Of a stretch of 64,000 nucleotides of DNA, positions 40,264-47,970 are shown in pieces. Numbering within the stretch: the stretch's first letter is position 1; every line of letters starts with the position of its first letter. Where the stretch lies: contig RDOB01000002.1 in NCBI GenBank assembly GCA_011364965.1, positions 1 to 64,000 of the forward strand, given 5' to 3'. Source of the DNA: Candidatus Heimdallarchaeota archaeon (GTDB lineage: Archaea > Asgardarchaeota > Heimdallarchaeia > Hodarchaeales > Hodarchaeaceae). The notes under the pieces were generated by a model. The model worked only from the letters and a program-made list of their open reading frames with translations, searched no databases and was not told where the DNA came from. A program made the translations under genes and the position numbers.

Positions 40264-40484
40264 AAATATATTTTTACTAGTTCTGGTTAAGTAAATAAAA
40301 ATGCAACTCTCGATGTGAACTATGAAAAAGTACTTGGAAAATTTGGATGGGGATTTAAGCTCCGTCTAAATCTTTATTCCAACAATCTAGTATAAACTAT
40401 TCCCTAGAATGAGAAGTTCTCGTTTAGACAATGAGCTTGAGTTACCAATCTTTGATAGATCCATTAATGTAGCACCAAAGAATA

Positions 40485-41378
40485 TTAAGAATTAATAAGC
40501 TTTTGAAGTCTTTTTACATAAGTCGAATTTTCAACTTTTTCTTTAAATTCCTGAGCATTTAAAAACCACCATACGTTCCACAATGCTCTATTTTTCCATC
40601 CTAAAGTTCCCCTTAATGTCAATTGCTCATAATTCTCAATAAATGGAGGTGAGTAACATTCAAATAATCTCTGATTCAAACCCTTTCCAAATTTCTTTTT
40701 ATAGAGCGCTTCATGAATATAAACAGATCCTTCGGGTGTATAACAGGAACACATAGCTGCATTTCTCCTCCATCCAATCCAGTCAATGGAATAAAGGTGG
40801 TTAAGAAAAGCAATTTGATGATATGGGCTACCTATTCCAAATCCATGGAAAAAGCAGTCTGAGCTGCTTTTTAAGATTCCCAACCACTCTGCAATTTCAT
40901 ATACACTACCTTTCTGGTTGATTTTTAAAGCCGGGACGACTCCTCCAAGCCCAATATATTTTTCGGATTTATAGTAATTCAAATTATCCGGATAATGTAC
41001 TACAGGCAAAATATTCATAGCAAATTTTCGATTTAATAGCTCCCAATTCCTCTTAGATTTCCTCGGATTACCAATTGAATCAAGATTAACTACTATATCT
41101 TCGGAACCTAGATTAATTCTCTTGAGAAATTGAACGTATTTAGAGATAGAAATTTCAACTCCAGAATTGAAAGCCGAATAAGCACCTGAATCAACAATAA
41201 TCGAACCATCCCAAGAAAAAAATTCCTTTAAACCTGACTGGATAATTTCAGATGTCTTTTTTCTGAAATTCCAGAAAGAAAATATAATTCCGACATCCAA
41301 TTTTTTCATTTTTTCCATGATTTTGACTTCTTCTAACCAAGGATACAGTCCTGGAACAATTCCTAAGTACAACTTCAT
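40485..41378 (-). CDS. TGT/DpdA-like guanine transglycosylase paralogue A
   Basis: WDGSIIVDSGAYS, NLD, PVVH, GLGG, FHGFG, SID; no CxCxxC-H Zn site or PUA domain. Confidence 0.72.
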   Translation of the reverse strand: MKLYLGIVPGLYPWLEEVKIMEKMKKLDVGIIFSFWNFRKKTSEIIQSGLKEFFSWDGSIIVDSGAYSAFNSGVEISISKYVQFLKRINLGSEDIVVNLDSIGNPRKSKRNWELLNRKFAMNILPVVHYPDNLNYYKSEKYIGLGGVVPALKINQKGSVYEIAEWLGILKSSSDCFFHGFGIGSPYHQIAFLNHLYSIDWIGWRRNAAMCSCYTPEGSVYIHEALYKKKFGKGLNQRLFECYSPPFIENYEQLTLRGTLGWKNRALWNVWWFLNAQEFKEKVENSTYVKRLQKLINS

Positions 41379-41526
41379 TTTTATTCACAATAGTTGGTTA
41401 AAATTAATTCTAACCTAATTTCTTTGATTTGGATTTTTATTTGCAGGAAAATCCTAAGAATTCAAAAATAATTCAATATATGGTTATTTTATTCTTACTA
41501 AAAAGCTTAAAGAGGTATAATTTTCC

Positions 41527-41985
41527 ATGAATTCAAATAAAGTATTGATTATTCTTTCTTGTGGAAAGAAGAAGTCAGAAAAATTATCTCAAGGAAAACT
41601 AAAGGCCTCTCAAGCGTATATTGGGCCAATGTTTCAGGTAATAAACAAAGCGAAGAGAGAAAGCAGATGGTCTGAGGATTTTTTTTTGGGTATTATATCA
41701 GCAAAATATGGATTTCTGAGAGAGAATCAGGAAATCGAATTTTACGACAAAAAAATGTCAAAAAAAAGAGCTTATGAGTTGAGAGATCAAGTGATTAATT
41801 CAATTCAGACTTGGAATTCAGAGGAGCAGTTTTCATTGATATATATTCTCATGGGGAAGATATATTTGTCCAGTGTGGAAAAATTGAAAGATTTTATAGA
41901 TACCAAAGTAATTATAGAGCCAATGGAAGGTTTAGGAATAGCTCAAAGAAAATTGCTCACCTTTTTGAAAAATCAAAACAAATGA
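41527..41985 (+). CDS. YaaA/DUF6884-like protein
   Basis: ILSCGKKK..ASQAYIGPMF..IISAKYGFL..IEFYD..MGKIY. Confidence 0.7.
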   Translation: MNSNKVLIILSCGKKKSEKLSQGKLKASQAYIGPMFQVINKAKRESRWSEDFFLGIISAKYGFLRENQEIEFYDKKMSKKRAYELRDQVINSIQTWNSEEQFSLIYILMGKIYLSSVEKLKDFIDTKVIIEPMEGLGIAQRKLLTFLKNQNK

Positions 41986-42024
41986 AGCAATTCAGCAAAA
42001 GAAATTACATTAGAGGATTTCTAG

Positions 42025-43041
42025 ATGATCTTTGCAATAGGCACCCCAGTAAATGCACATTTTCGTCCTTGGACATATGATTGGGCGCTAAAACCTGATG
42101 CTTTGATGATTTCAGCCATTGACTTCTTATCCAGCCCAAGGACGTATAAAAAGTTAAAGAGTAAGGGAATACATGATCTTTTGGCATGGGATGGCTCCAT
42201 TATTTGTGATTCAGGTGCATTTTCTGCTTTAAATCGGAAATCTGCTGTTACCATACAGTTAGAGGATTTATATGCATTATATGAGGAAATTAATAAACAA
42301 GATCCAAATATTCTTAAAATTACTTTAGATTTTCCTGACGATAGAATTATTGAAAATTATAAGAAGCTTTATCCTTTAGAAATAGAGCCTGTTGTACCTT
42401 TCAATAAAATTGAATTGATTGATTCGATATCGAGAATAACGGATGATTTAGATTGGTTATTTATTGGACGTCTTGTTCCATTAATGAGACAAGGTGGTGA
42501 TCACATTTCCAGACTCTCTCTGATATTTGATGTTTTTCGTGAGAAACTTAAAGAGAGAGCATTTACTCACAAAGTGAAACTTTGGGCTCTTGGAGTGGGT
42601 GCTCCAAGCATTCTCCCGTTTATTCGGAGTTTAGTTGAGGGATGTGATTCTTCCCGTTGGAGAGTTACGGGATCAAATATGATACTTTTACCAGCAGGTG
42701 GAGAACGAGGTGTTGGAAATCGTACAAAATGGCGGGGTACTCATCATCGAATTGATGATCAGAATGAACGACATCTGGTGATTAAAATTCTGAAAGATCT
42801 TGATACTCTCTCTGGAGGTTTTGAGAATATTGATCATTCTTTAACATATAATCAGCAACCTAAGCTGATAAAGGGAAGTTTTGAGATAAATTTGCCATCT
42901 ATTGGAGAGCTAATTACAAAAATACGCGAACACTCTGATCTTGTGACAGTTTACGAATTAGAACTCCTGTTAAGAACTTCTGGAAATTTAAGACTCATAT
43001 TTAATTATTGGTCAGCTTTAAATTTTAGTTCAACGGATTAG
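42025..43041 (+). CDS. TGT/DpdA-like guanine transglycosylase paralogue B
   Basis: GIHDLLAWDGSIICDSGAFS, TLDFP, WALGVG, GCDSSRW; no Zn site. Confidence 0.72.
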   Translation: MIFAIGTPVNAHFRPWTYDWALKPDALMISAIDFLSSPRTYKKLKSKGIHDLLAWDGSIICDSGAFSALNRKSAVTIQLEDLYALYEEINKQDPNILKITLDFPDDRIIENYKKLYPLEIEPVVPFNKIELIDSISRITDDLDWLFIGRLVPLMRQGGDHISRLSLIFDVFREKLKERAFTHKVKLWALGVGAPSILPFIRSLVEGCDSSRWRVTGSNMILLPAGGERGVGNRTKWRGTHHRIDDQNERHLVIKILKDLDTLSGGFENIDHSLTYNQQPKLIKGSFEINLPSIGELITKIREHSDLVTVYELELLLRTSGNLRLIFNYWSALNFSSTD

Positions 43042-43050
43042 TAATGAGTA

Positions 43051-45423
43051 ATGAACAGTCATAATTTATTAATTTGTCAACCATTGAATTCTGCTTTCGC
43101 GTTTCTTACTGAGATGAAAAAATTTAACTTCAAGTTAATACTTTGGGATTATCGATTCATATTTTTTCCAACTCCAAATCTTATCATAGAATCTCGTATT
43201 GAAGCCAATAATCCTCCAAACTTTAGGTTGATGGAAAATATAGATTTATTTTTATTTGATTTTGAAGAAAATCTCTCTTATTTGAAGCAGAACCTTAAAA
43301 ATTTTGGATTTATCGCTATTTTAATCAATGGTACACTTAAATTTAAAATTAAATCGATTTTGGACAAGGTTCTAGGTATTAGCACATTCCTAAATGAAAT
43401 TCTACTCGATTCACCATATCAGTTATCACATGACTCAAATAGACAAATCTTTGAAAGAACAGATTATATATTACTATATGGGAATCCAAGTAATCAAAGA
43501 GTCAATCCTGTATATAATGACAGGTTAAGTGGAGGATATTGGCATTCTTTTGTTTCAAAAGGTCAAGGATCAGCAAAAATATTTGTAAGAGATGGAAAGA
43601 AGATTGAGATTGCACCTCCACCTGGAACACACTGGAAGTTAAAACAGGAGACAATTCTGAAGTTCTGCCAAGAAGGATTAATCCGTTTCAATTCTAGTGG
43701 AAACCCTGAATACTGGGTAAAAGAGAAAAGAGGACAGATCATCGATACTAATTGGTTAGATATTGACTCTTTTGACACCCAAGGAAATATGATATGCAAT
43801 TCGAAATTTCTATATAAAAGACTCTTCAATCTAGTCTTAAAAGAAGGTGATCAATATTTAAATATCTTCTCGTCTGAAAATACATCTATTATATTAGCAA
43901 ATTCAAATAAAAATCCCTGGGTGAAAATTTACTCATCTGAAGTTCATTTGAAACCTGAAATCAATGAATTAAAAGGAAAAGGATTAACTTTTGAAGTATA
44001 TCAAGATAATCCATTCTCTATCCCTTCTTCAAATCACCACCATAAGATTTCTTCCCCTCCCCATGAAATAAACGCGGATGAAAAGGATATAGAAAATCCT
44101 ACTTTGTCAATCCATGAGTTATATAGCTCTCAGGATCCTGAAACTGTTGATTTATCTAAAGGTAAATGGATTAACAGTCTAATATTAGGAGATTGTTTTA
44201 TTGCTTTAACTTTGATTAAGAAACTTTTTAATGATAGAATTAAGTTGATATATATCGATCCTCCATATTTTACTGGGATTAATGAGATTATCACAATTCC
44301 AATTACACCTGAGAGTCATCACTTAATCGAAAAATTTGCATATCAAAATACAATTAACTCTACAGAACCGATTCAATTTTTTAAAAAATGGTTCAAAGTA
44401 AGATTGGATAAAATGAAAGAGCTCTTAGCGAATGATGGGCATATATTTGTTAGATATGACTATCATTTCGGGCATTATGCCAAATTAGTTCTTGATGAGG
44501 TGTTTGGGGTAGAAAATTTTGTCATTGAGTTATTTGTTAGGAGAATGAAGAAAAACCTCTCAAAGAAACAAGAGTACCATCAAAATCATTTAATTGTTCA
44601 TACTGATTCTCTATTTATCTATCGTAAGTCTAAAGATGCAGTATTAGATTTGAGAAAAATTACTAAAAGACATAAAAATGCTCAAGATATCGCTGAAAGA
44701 GAATTACATAATGATAATCTATGGATTGACATTACTGGATATGAAAAAGTGAAAAAAAGTCTCTATCCAACAGAGAATTCAGAAGTACTACTCAAGAGAC
44801 TTATTGAGATATCAACTGATCCTGGAGATATAATAGCTGACTTTTTTAGTGGATCTGGTACTACATTAGCTGTATCAGAAAAGTTAAAACGAAAATGGAT
44901 AGGTATTGACATTGGCTTGATGTCTATCAACGAAACAAAAAGAAGAATATTGAATCTACCGAATTTTCAGCCATTTGAGATATCAAGAGTAGTAGATAAA
45001 AAGAGGAGTTACAATATTGATTCAAGCGTTCCTGAATTTTTTCTTGGGATAGGAGGCAAAAAAAGGTTAGAAATTGATAAAAATGGGTTAGGGGTAACAA
45101 TAGAACTCCAACGGGATTATTCTGGTATTACTTTATATATAGTTCATTTTTCATCCCAGAAGATAGAGAATTTTCAACCTCTTACCACATTTCGATATTA
45201 TATTGACACTTGGGTACTTGATTGGTCTTATAATGGCTTTCAAATTAGGAGCACTTGGTTCTCGACTAGAAAAACAAAGGGGAAAAGGTTAATAAAACCT
45301 GTTGAAACATTTTGCAGATTTGAAGTTTTTAATAGAACTAAAATAGATTTAGCTTTGCTAATAACCGATATTTTTGGATTGGAATTAAATTATAAGTTTA
45401 AAATTATTTTGTTAAAACACTGA
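43051..45423 (+). CDS. Tandem beta-class (Mod-like) amino-DNA methyltransferase: inactive N-copy + active C-copy
   Basis: C-copy IYIDPPY and DFFSGSGTT; N-copy degenerate equivalents ILWDYRF and NIFSSENTS. Confidence 0.85.
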   Translation: MNSHNLLICQPLNSAFAFLTEMKKFNFKLILWDYRFIFFPTPNLIIESRIEANNPPNFRLMENIDLFLFDFEENLSYLKQNLKNFGFIAILINGTLKFKIKSILDKVLGISTFLNEILLDSPYQLSHDSNRQIFERTDYILLYGNPSNQRVNPVYNDRLSGGYWHSFVSKGQGSAKIFVRDGKKIEIAPPPGTHWKLKQETILKFCQEGLIRFNSSGNPEYWVKEKRGQIIDTNWLDIDSFDTQGNMICNSKFLYKRLFNLVLKEGDQYLNIFSSENTSIILANSNKNPWVKIYSSEVHLKPEINELKGKGLTFEVYQDNPFSIPSSNHHHKISSPPHEINADEKDIENPTLSIHELYSSQDPETVDLSKGKWINSLILGDCFIALTLIKKLFNDRIKLIYIDPPYFTGINEIITIPITPESHHLIEKFAYQNTINSTEPIQFFKKWFKVRLDKMKELLANDGHIFVRYDYHFGHYAKLVLDEVFGVENFVIELFVRRMKKNLSKKQEYHQNHLIVHTDSLFIYRKSKDAVLDLRKITKRHKNAQDIAERELHNDNLWIDITGYEKVKKSLYPTENSEVLLKRLIEISTDPGDIIADFFSGSGTTLAVSEKLKRKWIGIDIGLMSINETKRRILNLPNFQPFEISRVVDKKRSYNIDSSVPEFFLGIGGKKRLEIDKNGLGVTIELQRDYSGITLYIVHFSSQKIENFQPLTTFRYYIDTWVLDWSYNGFQIRSTWFSTRKTKGKRLIKPVETFCRFEVFNRTKIDLALLITDIFGLELNYKFKIILLKH

Positions 45424-45490
45424 TGTAATGATATTTCAGGGAAGTAGAAATAGAAAGTTGTTTAATGGATTTCATACAAAGGTGAGCGAT

Positions 45491-45913
45491 ATGACAGTTT
45501 ATCAATCTAAAATTCAATTAAAAGAGACTTTTGAGACAGAAATTGTGAATATTACAACTAACATACAACAAGAAGTTGATAAATCCGGCATCAAGAATGG
45601 CATAGCCACAATTTTTAATGTAGGATCGACTGGAGGTATTTTAACTTTGGAATATGAACCAGGATTGTTAAAAGATATTCCTGCATATTTAGAACGTACG
45701 ATTCCGAAAAGTAGCATAAAATATGAACATGAGAAAACTTGGCATGATGACAATGGTCATTCTCATGTACGAGCATCAATTATCGGTCCCTCTTTAACTG
45801 TACCAATAACACAGGGAAAATTGATTCATGGAACATGGCAACAAGTAGCATTTATGGAATTAGATACCCGTCCTCGTCGAAGAGGGTTACATATTACTAT
45901 TATTGGAGAATGA
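45491..45913 (+). CDS. YjbQ/UPF0047 family protein
   Basis: GSTGG, EYEPGL, YEH, NGHSH, GTWQ; ATG 45491 behind GGTGA. Confidence 0.9.
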   Translation: MTVYQSKIQLKETFETEIVNITTNIQQEVDKSGIKNGIATIFNVGSTGGILTLEYEPGLLKDIPAYLERTIPKSSIKYEHEKTWHDDNGHSHVRASIIGPSLTVPITQGKLIHGTWQQVAFMELDTRPRRRGLHITIIGE

Positions 45914-46108
45914 TCCCATTATAGAATTTTTTAGATATTGGGGATAATATGATTGCTGATAAATCAGTAGATATTTTTATCTAGTTAGAACAATAAAAAA
46001 TCTCAATTTACTCAAGAATATAAAGAAGAATTTAATGAATTTTACTTTTCATTTAGACAATTTACCAAGCATTAAACGTAAATAAGTACTTGTAATGGAG
46101 TTTAAATC

Positions 46109-46558
46109 TTGACAAGTGCATTCGAGGAAGCATATAGTTATCTAAATAGCTCAATTCGTACCTATGTTAATGCAACCTCTACTATAGATAAATTATTTGC
46201 AATTAAACTTATAGTTCTTTGTATGATAGTTGCAACTGACGCTCTTATGGAAAGCGTCGAAAAAACTACAGACACCCCATTTCATGGACATCTCGAAGAA
46301 TCCAGCTTTTTCCTCCCTATTGCAGCATACGAACAAAGGATGGCTGATCTGAGTCATCTTGAGGATACTGGTATTATTCCTGAGAAATATCAATTTTCAC
46401 GACGCTTGAGAAGAGCTTTAGACTTGTTGAAAGTTGCGTATGGAAATTATGGTCTTCGTTCCTTATTAGCAATAAACATTAAGGAGTTTATTAATGATTC
46501 ACAGTTTTTTGTACTTGATATCGAGATTCTTGTAGAGTCTCTAACTCAGGACAATTAA
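46109..46558 (+). CDS. Hypothetical helical protein, possibly HEPN/PaREP1-fold
   Basis: All-helical 149 aa; weak pattern resemblance only. Confidence 0.5.
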   Translation: MTSAFEEAYSYLNSSIRTYVNATSTIDKLFAIKLIVLCMIVATDALMESVEKTTDTPFHGHLEESSFFLPIAAYEQRMADLSHLEDTGIIPEKYQFSRRLRRALDLLKVAYGNYGLRSLLAINIKEFINDSQFFVLDIEILVESLTQDN

Positions 46559-46617
46559 ATGAATATTTATCTTCAATAGAGATAAACCATCCCTCCTCCT
46601 TGGTCTAAATGTTTCGG

Positions 46618-47604
46618 TTAAGACGAACTAGCAGCTTGTCGTTGTTGTCGAACCCAAGATGTAGGGTTTTTAATTACTACTGGTTTAGCAGCTGCTCCCC
46701 GTTTTACCTCAAAATTTTCTAATCCCAGTCCTTTAGCAAGCTCTTTGAATCGGTTTCGTATTGTAACAGGTGTAGTTCGTGCAGGAACAGCGATTTGCTG
46801 TTGCGTTCTCCTTTCTCCTGTTTGTATCGAGGCAATGTAGATTGCAGCAGCTGCAAGAGACATAGGAATCTTCCCAGTGGTAAGGCGTTTTTCTCGCGCT
46901 TCACTTAAGATGTCAATTGCTACCTTTCTAGTATACATAGTAAGTCCTAGATTTTCTCCCAGACGATTAATCAATGTAATAGGGTCTGGGGTATTACTAT
47001 TTACATTAATATGTTTCAAGAAAGTACGAATACATCGTCCGAGCTCTTTTGATGAAATCGTGGCAACTTCTGCCATATCTTTCAGCGTAATTGCTGTTCC
47101 TTTCTTTCGACACGCAAGATAAGTAGCAGCACTCATCATACCTATGACCGAGCGACCTTTAATCAAATCTTCTTTCAGTGCTAATTTATAAAGAAGTACA
47201 GCAGATTCGCTTACATCTTCTGCTAAACCAAGATGAGATCTAATACGTTTTAATTCGATTAGTGCACTCTTGAGATTTCTTGTTGTTTTGTCTTGAACTC
47301 GTTCATCAATTTGTGAAAGACGGGCGTATTTCACCTGTGACGCATTAGAGAGGGTTTTGCCGTAGGAGTCACGATTGCTGCCTCCTATAATCGTTCTCAT
47401 TTCACAATTATTTAGCTGAGAAGTGGGAAGGCCTACACGAACTTTAGATTTTTCTTCTTCCACACTATAAGCACGCCATTCTGGTTCGCGACTAAAAATT
47501 ACACTATTTGCTACTAACCCACAGTTTTCACATATGATTTCCCCACGAGCATCATCGTACAACATAGCTTTACTCCCACACTCACTGCATTTCTCAGTAA
47601 ACAT
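46618..47604 (-). CDS. tfb: Transcription initiation factor IIB
   Basis: CSECG..CENCG Zn ribbon, PEWRAY B-finder, two cyclin repeats, VTIRNRFKEL. Confidence 0.95.
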   Translation of the reverse strand: MFTEKCSECGSKAMLYDDARGEIICENCGLVANSVIFSREPEWRAYSVEEEKSKVRVGLPTSQLNNCEMRTIIGGSNRDSYGKTLSNASQVKYARLSQIDERVQDKTTRNLKSALIELKRIRSHLGLAEDVSESAVLLYKLALKEDLIKGRSVIGMMSAATYLACRKKGTAITLKDMAEVATISSKELGRCIRTFLKHINVNSNTPDPITLINRLGENLGLTMYTRKVAIDILSEAREKRLTTGKIPMSLAAAAIYIASIQTGERRTQQQIAVPARTTPVTIRNRFKELAKGLGLENFEVKRGAAAKPVVIKNPTSWVRQQRQAASSS

Positions 47605-47970
47605 AATGGCTATCTCCAAAATCAGTTGAAAAACACATTATTTTATACCTTTATAAAATTGACGTAGATAATATATCCGCAATATAATATTGATATATTA
47701 AATCATGTGTATATATATAAAGAATGTTATCTTAGAGTATATCCCGAGCATATCAAGTGAGAAAATATGAGGTCTTCTATCGTTATTCGAGGTTTAAAGA
47801 ACAGCTTTTCCCTCATTTTTTATCCTCCCCAATACTATACTGGCTTTTCCATTTTATTGCATAGATGCAAGATATTGTATCTGAAAAAGAAGAAAAAAAA
47901 GATGAATCGCAGATTTAACTGAATAAATTATGTTTTAATTTTTGATTGCGAAAAGTGTTAAGTATCAATT

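Noticed and set aside
40485-43041. Canonical archaeosine or queuine tRNA-guanine transglycosylase
   Set aside because: No CxCxxC-H Zn site, no PUA/C-terminal domains, and the context is DNA modification; kept only as an alternative hypothesis
43051-45423. Complete type III restriction-modification system
   Set aside because: No Res helicase/nuclease gene nearby; the next gene is YjbQ
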